A stretch of 64,000 nucleotides of DNA from an uncultured Chthonomonas sp. (lineage in GTDB: Bacteria > Armatimonadota > Chthonomonadetes > Chthonomonadales > CAJBBX01): the NCBI GenBank assembly GCA_903951425.1, contig CAJBBX010000118.1, positions 85,273-149,272 on the forward strand. The letters are read 5' to 3'. How positions within the stretch are numbered: the stretch's first letter is position 1; the number at the start of each line of letters is the position of its first letter. The translations under genes were made by a program, and so were the position numbers. Under the pieces are notes generated by a model. The model was not told the origin of the DNA and did no database searches. It saw only the letters and a program-made list of their open reading frames with translations. This document shows positions 18,875 to 29,400 of the stretch, one piece after another.

Positions 18875-20430
18875 GGGTCGCGGCATGGCGCATCACATCG
18901 ATCCGGGCGCGCCTGACGCTCTGGAACGTGGCGGCGCTGGCGCTCATCCTCCTGGGTCTGGGCGCCGCCCTGCGCTGGAGCGTGGAGCGCAACCTCATCG
19001 CGTCGGTGGACAGCGACCTGCGGCTCCGTATCGCGCGGCACCAGGAGTTCTGGCAGAACCCGCCGCCGGAGTTCCGTGTCTACGGCCCGGTGAACACCAA
19101 GGCCATGGGCGGCGCCTCGTGGCTTCCCGATCGCGGAGGGCCGCCGGGACCGCCGCCGCAGGGGGCGCAACCCGACGGACAGGACAAGGGAAAGCAAGGC
19201 GTGCAGTCGGGGCGGGCGCCCGGGCCCCCGCGGCAGGGCGGGGCCTTTGCCGGGCCCGGCCCGTGGCGGCGGGGAGGCCGCCGGCCGCAGTGGACCGAGC
19301 GCGCGTCTGAGGCGGGGTACGACCTGGCCGGGCGCGCCATGTTCCCCATGGGCGCCGGCAAGGCGTGGCTGCGGTCGGGCTTCGATCGGGCGGCAAAGGG
19401 CAAGCAGACCATTGCCACCATCCGCCGCCAGGGGACCGAAGTGCGGGTCGCCTACGCGCCGCTGAAGCGCGACGGCATCGTGCTGGCCGTGGTTCAGGTC
19501 GCCTACTCCCTCGGCGACGTGGGCCTGGCGGTGGCCAACCTCAGCCGGACACTGCTCATGCTTGCCCCGGTCGGCCTCCTGATCGCCGCGCTGGGCGGGC
19601 TCTTGCTCACGGGGCGCATGCTACGGCCCCTGCGGCGGCTCACTGCGGAGGCGGCCTCCATGGGCGCCGATGACCTCTCGCGGCGTCTGCCCGTCGCCGG
19701 CCGCGACGAGTTCGCCACACTGGCCGAGACCGTGAACGACATGCTGGGACGGATCGAGCATGCCTTCGAGCAGCAGCGGAGGTTCACGGCCGACGCCTCG
19801 CATGAGCTTCGTACGCCGCTCACGGTGATCAAGGCGAATGCGGGCCTGGCGCTGGCCGACGAGACGCTGCCCGCCGAGCACCGGCGTTCCGTGGCGAGCA
19901 TCGACCGGGCCGCGGGGCGCATGCACCAGACGATTCAGGACCTGCTCCTGCTGGCACGCTCCGACGCAGGCGAACTGACGCCGAGCCTGCGCCCCACGCG
20001 CCTGGCCGGGACGCTGGAGGATGCCGCCGAGTGCGCCTTCCCGCACGGAGACGCGCGGCTGAGGCTGGAGTGCGGCGATCTGATGGTGATGGGCGACGCC
20101 GGCCACCTGACGCGTCTCTTCACCAACCTGCTCGACAACGCCGGTCGCCACACGCCGCCCGGCGGCCGGATCACCGCGGACGCGCGGCGCGAAGGGGGCA
20201 AGGTGGTCGTTACGCTGCGCGACACCGGCGCGGGCATCGACGCCGAGCACCTGCCGCACGTCTGCGAGCGCTTCTATCGGGTCGACAAAGCCCGCGCGCG
20301 GCAGCACGGCGGCACGGGCCTCGGCCTCGCCATCTGCCGGAGCATCGTGCAGGCCCATGGGGGCTCCATGCGCCTGGAGAGCCGCCCGGGCGAGGGCGTC
20401 ACGGTGACGGTGGAGCTGCAGGCGGCGTAG
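18871..20430 (+). CDS. Membrane sensor histidine kinase (HAMP-HisKA-HATPase)
   Basis: Two TM segments, DASHELRTPL, NLLDNA, DTGAGI, GGTGLGLAI. ATGA overlap with the regulator. Confidence 0.95.
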   Translation: MRVAAWRITSIRARLTLWNVAALALILLGLGAALRWSVERNLIASVDSDLRLRIARHQEFWQNPPPEFRVYGPVNTKAMGGASWLPDRGGPPGPPPQGAQPDGQDKGKQGVQSGRAPGPPRQGGAFAGPGPWRRGGRRPQWTERASEAGYDLAGRAMFPMGAGKAWLRSGFDRAAKGKQTIATIRRQGTEVRVAYAPLKRDGIVLAVVQVAYSLGDVGLAVANLSRTLLMLAPVGLLIAALGGLLLTGRMLRPLRRLTAEAASMGADDLSRRLPVAGRDEFATLAETVNDMLGRIEHAFEQQRRFTADASHELRTPLTVIKANAGLALADETLPAEHRRSVASIDRAAGRMHQTIQDLLLLARSDAGELTPSLRPTRLAGTLEDAAECAFPHGDARLRLECGDLMVMGDAGHLTRLFTNLLDNAGRHTPPGGRITADARREGGKVVVTLRDTGAGIDAEHLPHVCERFYRVDKARARQHGGTGLGLAICRSIVQAHGGSMRLESRPGEGVTVTVELQAA

Positions 20431-20435
20431 GAGCA

Positions 20436-20467
20436 ACGGCTGAGGCGACCGAGCCCGCCTCAGCCGT
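20436..20467. terminator. Hairpin between convergent genes
   Basis: ACGGCTGAGGCG / CGCCTCAGCCGT, 12-bp inverted repeat just after the kinase stop. Confidence 0.6.
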
Positions 20468-20491
20468 GACGCCGAAAGACATGAGGCGCGG

Positions 20492-20860
20492 CTACGGCAC
20501 GGCTGTGTGCGGCGCTACCTCGCTACGGGTGGCCACCGCCGTCTCCGCCGTGTTGACGGCGGTGTCAGCCGTACAGCGGACCAGTTGCCCCATGCCGCAG
20601 ATCAGCACGCCGCCTACCCAGAAGAAGAACCCCTGCAGGCAGCCACCCACCAGGTAGGCCAGCAGGACCACGCCGCCGGCCAGTGCGCCGTCGGAGCTGA
20701 AGCGTGACACCTCGGACAGCTTGGCGGTTACCACGACACCCAAGATGCAGATGAGTGCGGCAAGCACGAGGCCGACGCCCTTGACGATGGCCCCAATGAA
20801 CTCCAGGCCCGCTGCTACTCGGTAAGCATCGGAGTACCTGGCTAGACTTCTGTCGCTCAT
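20492..20860 (-). CDS. Hypothetical two-TM membrane protein
   Basis: Two hydrophobic stretches, RYxDAY N-terminus, GQ...DTAVNT tail. AAAGGA upstream of ATG 20860. Confidence 0.55.
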   Translation of the reverse strand: MSDRSLARYSDAYRVAAGLEFIGAIVKGVGLVLAALICILGVVVTAKLSEVSRFSSDGALAGGVVLLAYLVGGCLQGFFFWVGGVLICGMGQLVRCTADTAVNTAETAVATRSEVAPHTAVP

Positions 20861-21086
20861 ACCGGCTCGGTCCTTTCGCATGGAACGGGCCGCGGCTCGT
20901 CCGCGGCGGCGCTGCTCGGACCGTGACGATCTTGGCGGGCCCCCATGTCCGAGCAGGTATCGAGCATTCCATGTCGAGCCGGACTGATGCGTGACCAGAG
21001 CGTGACCGCACCGGCCGCGTCAGGATTCGTTCAGTTCGCCTCGCTCCTAGCGTGGGCCCTGGTTGGGCCAGGTGACGCGGGGCATG

Positions 21087-24000
21087 TCATGGCGCCTCCG
21101 TGAACGTGACCGCGTCGAAGAGGCAGCGGGCAAGACGGGTGCCGAGGATGATGATCGCTGAGGCCGCGTTGTCCGGCGCGGTGAAGACGCCGCCGTGCGC
21201 CGCGTAGTCGCGGGGCTTGTCGGCGCCCGTCCAGTCGTTGGCGTAGGCGATGTGCCTGGAGGCGGCATCGAGCCACTCCAGCGTCACCTTGTAGTCGCCG
21301 TCGCCTGCAAGCTGGTGAACCATGGCGGACAGTCGGTACCGCACCGAGGGCTTCACGCCGAAGCGCGCCGAGGTGGCCTGGGCTTCGGCTCCCGCCCCCA
21401 GTCCGTCGCTCAGCAGGGCGTTCCGGCCTTCATAGGCGACCCCGTCGGCGACCAATCGGGCGCCCGGCTCCAGGGCCCAGCCCTCGGTGGCGGCCTCGAA
21501 CCCGCCGTTGCGGAGTTCGGCCTTCAACTGCGGGGCGCGGTAGCCGGCGGCGATGCAGCCGTCGAGGAGCAGGTCGCCCTCCTCCTGCGCGAAGGTGACC
21601 CGGACGCAAACCGCGCCCTCGGCCGCGCCGGTCCACCAGCCGTCGCCCTTGGCCGGCGCGAACTCCAACCGGGGTAGCGGCCGGCCCTGCCAGGTCACCG
21701 AGGCCGGCGGCGTAACGCCGTAGAGGACGCCCCCCGCCGAGGCGCCGGCGCACTGTCGCAGGCGTAGCCGGACGCCTCCGCCGTGGGCCGACGCCTCGAT
21801 GGGCAGCGCGAACGTCACGCCGCGCAGCGTGCCGCCGGGCAGCGGAGCCGAAACGATGGACGGCTCGAAGGGCGCGCGCATCTTGCCCAGCAGGTTGCCC
21901 ACGATGCCGGTGGGCGCCAGGCACCACTCGTAGGCGTCGGCGCCCGTGAGGAGCGAGTAGGAGTCGGGGTAGAGGCCCACATGGCCGCACTGAGCGCCCT
22001 CGGGCTTCTGCTGTTTTTCCGCCGAAGCGAGGATCAGGTCCGCCACGCCCGCCCAGTCGAACCGGGGATCGTAGCGGGCCAGTTCGCGGATCACCTCGGC
22101 GTAGGCGAGCCCGACCCACTGGACCGGCCAGCCGAACCAGCCCTGGTCGAAGAAGGTGGTGCCCATGACCGAGATCGTCGCACCGGGCATGACCGGCCGA
22201 TCGGCGGGCTCCCAGAGGCAGACAAAGGCGAGCCCCGCCATGGCCCAGCGATGCGCCGATGCGAGGTGTGCGGGGTTATGGGTGATCTGGTAGCCGCGCA
22301 GGAAGCAGCGCGTGGCCAGCGCGGCGGCCCGGAGGTTGGGGCAGGTGAGAGGCACCTCCCAGCTCTCGGCGCCAGCAGGCTTGATGAAGCGGTCCAGGCG
22401 CTCCAGGCCCCGTAGTCCCGCTCGCACCGCCGCTGGGTCGCCCGTGGCGGCGGCGTAGGTCAGCACGGTCTCCAGCGCCGTCGCGCCGGAGCCGAGCTCC
22501 ACGTCATCGGGCTCGGCCAACGTGGCCCGCGGCCCCTGTGCTCCGAAGATGTGCCGGAAGGCCCAGCCGCCGTCGGGGAGCTGTTGAGCCATGCGGCCAT
22601 ACGCCGCGCCGCGCAGGGCTTCCATTGCGCGCTCGGGATCGCCGACGAGCAGGTGGGTCGCCGGGCCGCCGGGCCCGCCCACTGCGTCCATGGCCTGGCG
22701 GGTCACGTTGGTGGCCGACAGGGCCGCGTCGCCTGGTTCCATGGCCGCGCCCAACTGCCGCACCCGGGCGGCGAGGTCGTCGGCATAGCCGGGCTTCAGG
22801 CCCACGGCGGTGTACCAGCCCTGAACGCCCGGCACCCAGCAGGTGCGAGCGAAGGCACGGGTGCAGAGGGCCATCTCGGCCTGACCGGACCGGGGACGGC
22901 GAAGCGCCGGCATGGGGTGCGCCGCGGCCCAAGCGGCCACGGCGTCCGGGACGGTCGAGCCGCCAGGCAGGACCAGAAGTTCGCAGTTCAGGCTGACCGC
23001 CTTGCCTGCTGCGCCGGGAAGCGGGGCGGGCAGGCGGTTCTCCGGCAGGCCACGACGGAAGCCGGGAGCGGAGATGCCCATGGCCAGGTTGTCGGCGCCG
23101 TCGGGGCTTGGCGCCTCGAACCGGGCCAGAGGGAGCGGGTTGCGGCCGTCCCAGCGCTGGTTCGGGTCCCAGGCGATGCCGCAGAGCCCCTGCTCGCCTG
23201 CCGCCACCATGAGCGGCACGGTGACCTTGTAGGGATGCGGGACACGCCGGTCGCGGATCTTCCACGCTACGCCGCGGTCGCTGGAGGAGGCCTCCCCCGG
23301 CGCCAGGTACTCCAGCCCCGCGAAGAGCGCGCCAGCGTGGCTGCGCCCGAAGGCGCCGTCGCCGGCCCGGAGCAGCGGGGCGGTGAGGCAGGCCACCGAC
23401 TTGCCGGCGGGCGGCGTGGCCGTCACATGCAGCGCCACCATGGGGCTATCGGGCGAGACCGTGAAGCGGGCGACGACGGCGCCGCCGCCCTCCGAGCCGC
23501 GCAGCACCGCCTCGGCCCGGCCGTCGCGCACCGTGATGGCCGGCGGACCGAAGGGCACGTCCGCGCCGGGGATCGGCGACAGGGCGGGCGCGCCGGAGCC
23601 CAACGCCAGCCGCGCCGGCGAGGTGATCGTCCCCACCCGCGTCCAGCCGATGCCGGACCTCGTGTATAGGATCACCGGCCCGTAGCCCCCTCCGGCGGGC
23701 GGGAAGAGGAGCGCTACCCGACCGTTGGCGAGGGCGCCGCACCGCCCGAACACACGCCCGTAGGGCCGCGGCGAGGAGTTGATCGGCGGGCTGGGCAGCG
23801 GCTCCACCACGACGGGCTCGGCGATGCCGGTGAGGGTTCCGGCGCGAGCCCCCAACCGGACGGTGCCCGTGCGCCCGAAGGCCAGGGCATAGCCGCCGCC
23901 GGGCAAGGCATGCGCCGCCGCGGCTCCGTTCCAGCGCACGGGCGGGTCCGGCGCCGCGCAGACGTTGCCCCACCGATCCAGAGCCTCGACGCGGGCGCCC

Positions 24001-25082
24001 ACGGGCTCGCCCGCCTCGACAACGCTGGGGCAGACCACGCGAAGGCGGACCGGACGGTCCGGCACGACGTCGAAGCGGCCCCCCTCGGTGTGGGCCAGGT
24101 CCAGCGCGTCGCCGTCCGCCTTGCAGTCGGAGCCGACCACCCAGCGCGCGCCTTTTACGGCGGTGCGTTGGGCCCGCAGGCCCGGCCCGCCGCCGGATCG
24201 GTCGCCGATGGTGATCTCAACGGCCTGCCCCGGCTCCAGGGCGGGCCAGACGAGGCGCACCAGCAGCATCCCGGCCTGTCCGCGCTCCACCTGGAACTCG
24301 GAGCCCTGCGGACCGCGAACGCGCACGTACCCCTGGGCCTTGGGATCGATCCCCTGCGGGTCGGACCAGTCCAGCGATGTGGGCATCCGGCGCAGGGCGA
24401 TGAGCCCGCCCGCGGGCAGGCCGCTGGTCCCGCACGTGAAGTCGGCGCGCCATGTGGCGTAGGCGCCGGCGGCCACGCGGTCGGGACCGGTGACGACTGC
24501 GGCGCCGTCGCCGTTGCGCCGCGTACGTGCGGCGATGGGCTCGGCGGGACCGGCGTCGGCGAGGCTGATGTCGTCGAACAGGCAGCAGGAGCGGGGCTGC
24601 ACGCCCAGGATGAGAACCACTCGCGCCGCGCCCTCGGGAGCCACGAAGACGCCGCCGTGGCGGGTGAAGGGGCCGGGTTCGCCCCGGCCGCGCCAGTCGT
24701 TGTCGTATTTCAGGTGCTTGCCCGCCGCGTCCTGCCAGTCCAGCGTCACTTTGTAGTCGCTCTTCGGCGCCAGGGCGCGCACCCACGCGGCGAGGCGCCA
24801 ACCCCGGCCGGCCACCACGGGCACGGGCGCGGAGTAGGCGTCCACCTCGGCCGAGCGGCCGCGGGCATCTAGCTGCAGGGCGGCCGAGCCGGCGCGGCCG
24901 AGGCCCTTCGCCACGCGGGCCGCCTGGGCGGAGCCCTGCGCCGGGCGGCCATAGGGTCCGGCGGTCAGCGTCCAACCCGCGGAGCCCCGCTCGAAGCCGC
25001 CGTTGGCGGGCGTTTCGGCAGCGGCAGCGGCCGTTGCGGCGCAGGCCGCCAGCAGGAGCGTGGCGAGGGCTCGCTGGATCAT
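21087..25082 (-). CDS. Large secreted protein with CBM4/9-like modules at both ends and a probable helical glycosidase/lyase-like core
   Basis: Signal peptide MIQRALATLLLAACAATAAAA, two NGGFE...W repeats, helical core with QLPDGGW and SWEVPL. Confidence 0.55.
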   Translation of the reverse strand: MIQRALATLLLAACAATAAAAAETPANGGFERGSAGWTLTAGPYGRPAQGSAQAARVAKGLGRAGSAALQLDARGRSAEVDAYSAPVPVVAGRGWRLAAWVRALAPKSDYKVTLDWQDAAGKHLKYDNDWRGRGEPGPFTRHGGVFVAPEGAARVVLILGVQPRSCCLFDDISLADAGPAEPIAARTRRNGDGAAVVTGPDRVAAGAYATWRADFTCGTSGLPAGGLIALRRMPTSLDWSDPQGIDPKAQGYVRVRGPQGSEFQVERGQAGMLLVRLVWPALEPGQAVEITIGDRSGGGPGLRAQRTAVKGARWVVGSDCKADGDALDLAHTEGGRFDVVPDRPVRLRVVCPSVVEAGEPVGARVEALDRWGNVCAAPDPPVRWNGAAAAHALPGGGYALAFGRTGTVRLGARAGTLTGIAEPVVVEPLPSPPINSSPRPYGRVFGRCGALANGRVALLFPPAGGGYGPVILYTRSGIGWTRVGTITSPARLALGSGAPALSPIPGADVPFGPPAITVRDGRAEAVLRGSEGGGAVVARFTVSPDSPMVALHVTATPPAGKSVACLTAPLLRAGDGAFGRSHAGALFAGLEYLAPGEASSSDRGVAWKIRDRRVPHPYKVTVPLMVAAGEQGLCGIAWDPNQRWDGRNPLPLARFEAPSPDGADNLAMGISAPGFRRGLPENRLPAPLPGAAGKAVSLNCELLVLPGGSTVPDAVAAWAAAHPMPALRRPRSGQAEMALCTRAFARTCWVPGVQGWYTAVGLKPGYADDLAARVRQLGAAMEPGDAALSATNVTRQAMDAVGGPGGPATHLLVGDPERAMEALRGAAYGRMAQQLPDGGWAFRHIFGAQGPRATLAEPDDVELGSGATALETVLTYAAATGDPAAVRAGLRGLERLDRFIKPAGAESWEVPLTCPNLRAAALATRCFLRGYQITHNPAHLASAHRWAMAGLAFVCLWEPADRPVMPGATISVMGTTFFDQGWFGWPVQWVGLAYAEVIRELARYDPRFDWAGVADLILASAEKQQKPEGAQCGHVGLYPDSYSLLTGADAYEWCLAPTGIVGNLLGKMRAPFEPSIVSAPLPGGTLRGVTFALPIEASAHGGGVRLRLRQCAGASAGGVLYGVTPPASVTWQGRPLPRLEFAPAKGDGWWTGAAEGAVCVRVTFAQEEGDLLLDGCIAAGYRAPQLKAELRNGGFEAATEGWALEPGARLVADGVAYEGRNALLSDGLGAGAEAQATSARFGVKPSVRYRLSAMVHQLAGDGDYKVTLEWLDAASRHIAYANDWTGADKPRDYAAHGGVFTAPDNAASAIIILGTRLARCLFDAVTFTEAP

Positions 25083-26341
25083 GGAAGCCTCCTTGCGTGC
25101 GTGCCGTCGCGGTAGTCCGCCAGAGCGCGGCCACGCCACCAGACCAGGCCCGCCACGAGGACGCAGGCCAGGCCGCCGGATGCGATCGAGAAAGGTACGC
25201 CCCAGAGGCCCGCCACCAGCCCGGCCTCCAGGTTGCCCAACTGCGGGCCGCCCATGACGAAGAGCATGTTCACCGCCGTCATGCGGCCGCGCAGGCGGTC
25301 GGGCGTCACCATCTGCCGCAGCGTCTGCCGCAGGATGGTGCTGACCGTGTCGCCCGCGCCCAGCAGGGCCAACGCGGCGAACGCTGCCCACATGGTACGA
25401 GACAGGCCGAACAGGGCGGTGGCAACGCCATAGAGCGTCACGGCCGCCAGGATCGCCCGTCCGGTTCGGCGGGGCGGCCGCAGCATCGCCATGACGGAAC
25501 CAGAGGCCAGCGAGCCCATCCCCTCGGCAGCGGCCAGCAGGCCGTAGCCCTCAGCGCCGACCTTCAGCACGTCGGTGGCGAAGATGGGCAGCAGGGACGA
25601 GGCCGTGGAGAAGAACGTGGCGGTGAAGTCGAGGCCCATGGTCCAGATCAGGATCGGGGTGCGGAAGACGAACCGCAGCCCCTCGGCCGCCGCCGCAAGG
25701 CCCATGCCGGGACCGGGGCCCTCGGGTCGGGCGTCCTTGGGGCGGATGGCCAGCAGCGCCGCGATGACGGCCAGGAACGAGGCCGCGTTCACCCAGTAGA
25801 CGGCCGCCATGCCCACTCGGGCCACCAGCAAGCCCGCGGCAGCCGGGCCGACGATGGCGGCCGTGTTCGATGCGATGGAGTTGAGCGAGACGGCATTGCC
25901 GAAGTCCTCTCGGGGCACCAGGTTGGGCATGAGGGCCTGCCGGGCCGGGTTGCCGAAGGCCTGGGTAGCCGCGTTGACTGCGGTGATGCCGTAGAGCAGC
26001 GCCGCCGTGTCATGCCCGGCTCCCGTGGCGGCTGCCAGCGCGGCGGCCGAGAAGCCCAGCAGGATCTGCGTGACGATGAGCACCCGGCGTCGGTCGGCGG
26101 AATCGGCCATGGCGCCGCCGGCGATGGAGAGGGCGACCATGGGTAGCGCCCGGTAGAGCCCCATGAGGCCCAGTGCCACGGGCGAATGGGTCAGCGCGTT
26201 GAGATGCCACAGCAGCGCCGCCGACTGCATCTGCGTGCCCGCCACGGAGATCGTCTGGCCGATCCAGATCAGCCTGAAGTCGCGGTGCGCCAGCGCCGGG
26301 AAGCGTGCTCCACGGCGGGCGTCCTGGGGTGGTTGCTGCAT
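25079..26341 (-). CDS. MFS transporter (H+ antiporter / EntS-like)
   Basis: About 12 TM segments, DFRLIWIGQ, GAMADSADRRR, PARQALMPNLV, PDRLRGR. Confidence 0.9.
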   Translation of the reverse strand: MQQPPQDARRGARFPALAHRDFRLIWIGQTISVAGTQMQSAALLWHLNALTHSPVALGLMGLYRALPMVALSIAGGAMADSADRRRVLIVTQILLGFSAAALAAATGAGHDTAALLYGITAVNAATQAFGNPARQALMPNLVPREDFGNAVSLNSIASNTAAIVGPAAAGLLVARVGMAAVYWVNAASFLAVIAALLAIRPKDARPEGPGPGMGLAAAAEGLRFVFRTPILIWTMGLDFTATFFSTASSLLPIFATDVLKVGAEGYGLLAAAEGMGSLASGSVMAMLRPPRRTGRAILAAVTLYGVATALFGLSRTMWAAFAALALLGAGDTVSTILRQTLRQMVTPDRLRGRMTAVNMLFVMGGPQLGNLEAGLVAGLWGVPFSIASGGLACVLVAGLVWWRGRALADYRDGTHARRLP

Positions 26342-26446
26342 TCGGCGGCGCTCTCCTGCGGGCAGTCTACCTCGCGTCCGTGAGCCGGCTCGCGGGTATC
26401 CTTGCTCGGCGCGCCGGAGCGGCGCCACCCGTTTGGAGGAAGTGCC

Positions 26447-29400
26447 ATGATCTGCCGCCGTCTCATGCCCCTGCTGGCCGCCGCAGGCGCCCTGCTCGCC
26501 GTGCCTGCCCGCCCCGACGACCTGGAGCGCGGCTTCCGCAATCCGCCGGTCTCAGCCTGGCCGCAGGTCTGGTGGCACTGGCTGGCGGGCAATGTGTCGC
26601 GCCCCGGCATCACGGCCGACCTCGAAGCCATGAAGCGCGTGGGGATCGGCGGAGGCACTATCGCCAACATCCCCTTTGCGGCCGACGGTCCCGCGCCGTT
26701 CATGACGCCCGCCTGGCGCGAGATGACGAAGCACGCCGTGCGCGAAGCCGACAGGCTTGGGCTGGAGGTGGGCTGCTTCAACTGCGAGGGCTGGAGCAGC
26801 AGTGGCGGCCCCTGGGTGAAGGCCGCCGAGGCGATGCAAGCGCTGGTCTGGACCGAGGCGCAGGTGCAGGGCGGCGGTCACGTCGTGGCCCGCCTACCCC
26901 AACCAACCACCCGGCTGGGGCACTACCGCGATGTGGCGCTGTTGGCCTTCCCCACCCCGGAAGCTGAGCATATCCGGCCCGTGCACGACCTTCGGCCTGC
27001 CGCATCGACCGGTTCGGGAACGCCCGTAGACGGTGCGAGCCTCTGCGACGGCGACCCCGGCACCTTCATCGCCACGCCCTTCGACGGCCGGCGCGACGGA
27101 CATCTCGACCTCACCTTCGATCGCCCCGTCAGCGCCTGCGGCTTCCGCCTGACGCCGGGACCGCAGTGGACCCGAGACGACGTGGAGCTACTGGTCTCCG
27201 ACGACGGCGCCGGCTTCCGCAGCGTGGGTCGCTACCCCATGCCACAGTCATTCCTGGACATCGGCGTCGAGTGGCAGACGACAGCGAGCTTCGCGCAGGT
27301 CACGGCTCGGGTCTTCCGGTTCGCGTTCCACCTGAGCCAGGGGCGCACGTTCCAGGCGGACGCCACGGCGAACACAGTGGCAGACCTGGAACTGACAGCT
27401 GAGCCGGGGTCGCGGCTCATACCGGACAACACAGTCGTTGACCTCACCGTCCGCATGGGCGCCGACGGCTCCGTGCAGTGGGACGCACCAGCCGGCGATT
27501 GGACGCTCCTGCGGCTGGGCCACACGCCCATCGGCAAGAAGAACCATCCCGTGACCAAGTGGGGCGAGGGCCTGGAGTGCGACAAGCTGAGCCGCGAGGC
27601 CGTCGAGAGCCACTGCCGCAGCTTCGTCAACAAGGTGATAGCCGATGCGGGGCCGCTGGCAGGCAAGACGCTGGCCTACAGCCTCATCGACAGCTACGAG
27701 TGCGGCGACCAGAACTGGACCCCGGCACTGCCCGATGAGTTCCATCGGCTCCGCGGCTACGAACTGAGGAACTGGCTCCCGGCCCTCACCGGCAGGACGC
27801 TCGGCGACGAAGCGACCACCAGGCGCTTCATGGATGACTTCCGCCGGACCGTGGCCGACCTCTGGAACGAGAGCTACTACGCGGCATTCACCCGCATCGT
27901 CCGGCGGCAGGGGCTGAAGAGCTCTGCCGAGGCTTACGGCAACGGCGGGTTCGACGCGCTGCGGGCGAGCGGCGTCAGCGACATGCCCATGAGCGAGTTC
28001 TGGTTCGGCAACCTGGACGACGGCGGCATCTCGCGCATGGCCGCATCGGCAGCGCACGTCTACGGGAGGCCCATCGTCGGGGCCGAGGCCTTCACATCCG
28101 GCGACCTCTGGAACTTCGACCCGTGGAGCATGAAGACGCAGGGCGACTGGATCTATGCGCAGGGCGTGAACCGGTACTACTTCCACAGCTATGCCGGGCA
28201 GCGCTGGACCGACGACCGGAAGCCGGGCTGGGCCTGGGGCAACGGCATCCACCTGACGCGGAACCTGACCTGGTGGGAGCAGGGCAAGGCCTACTTCGGC
28301 TATTTGGGCCGGTGCCAGTACCTGCTGCAGGCAGGCAAGCCGGTTGCCGACATCCTGTCGTATGCCGGCGAGGACGGCTACTCCTTCAACAGCGAAGGCC
28401 GGGCGCTGCGAACCGCACCGGAAGGGTACGCGCTCGACGGCGTCGATCGCGATATGCTCCTGCAGGGCCTGCGCGTGGTCGGCTGGCGCATCGTGGCTCC
28501 GAGCGGGGCCACCTACCGGATCCTCGTCCTGCCCAACGAGCGCGCCATGTCTCCTCGTGTGCTGCGCCGCATCGCCGATCTGGTGCGCCAGGGCGCGGTG
28601 GTCGTCGGCCCGCGCCCAAGCCGTGCGTTCGGCCTCGCCGGGTTCCCTCGCGCCGATGACGAGGTGATCGGCCTGGCAGCGAAGCTCTGGGACGGGTTGG
28701 ACGGCAAGGCGACGATCTGCAATCGGGTCGGCAAAGGGCGCATCTACTGGACCGGCGATGCGGTCCGCGTGCAGCCAGCGCTCGATGACGTGCGGCTGCG
28801 GCCCGATTGCGCGATCCGGACCGACGACACCACGCGCATGCTCTGGCTCCACCGCCGCGTGGGCGGCGCAGAGGTCTACTTCATCACCAACCAGGAGCCG
28901 CTATCGGCACGGGCCACCTGCACGTTCCGGGTGGCGGGACTGCTGCCGGAGGTATGGGACGCCGAGACGGGCGCCGTGCGTGTTGCCCCGGTCTGGCGCA
29001 CCGAGCCCGGCGGGCTCACCGCCGTTGACCTGCGCTTCGGGCCGGGGCAGGCGCTCTTCGTGGTCTTCCGCAAGCGGGCCCAGGCCGTCGATCGGCTGGT
29101 GCGGCTGGAGTGGCGGCCGGCATCGCCCGAGGCGGCGCGCCGCCATACGCTGGATATCAACCGCGCGCTCTACGCCGCATCGGATGGCTTCGGCGCCCCG
29201 CAGGACCTGACGGCCCGCGTGGCGGCGCAGGTGCGAGGCGGGGCGATCAAGCTCGACGCCACCAACACGCTGGCGGGTGGCGACCCGGCGCCCTTCCATG
29301 TGAAGGAGCTACGGGTGGAGTACACCTACGACGGGCGTCCGGGCTCTGTCACCGTGCGGGAGAACGGCGTGCTCCGCATCCCGGCCGTGCAGGCCGATGC

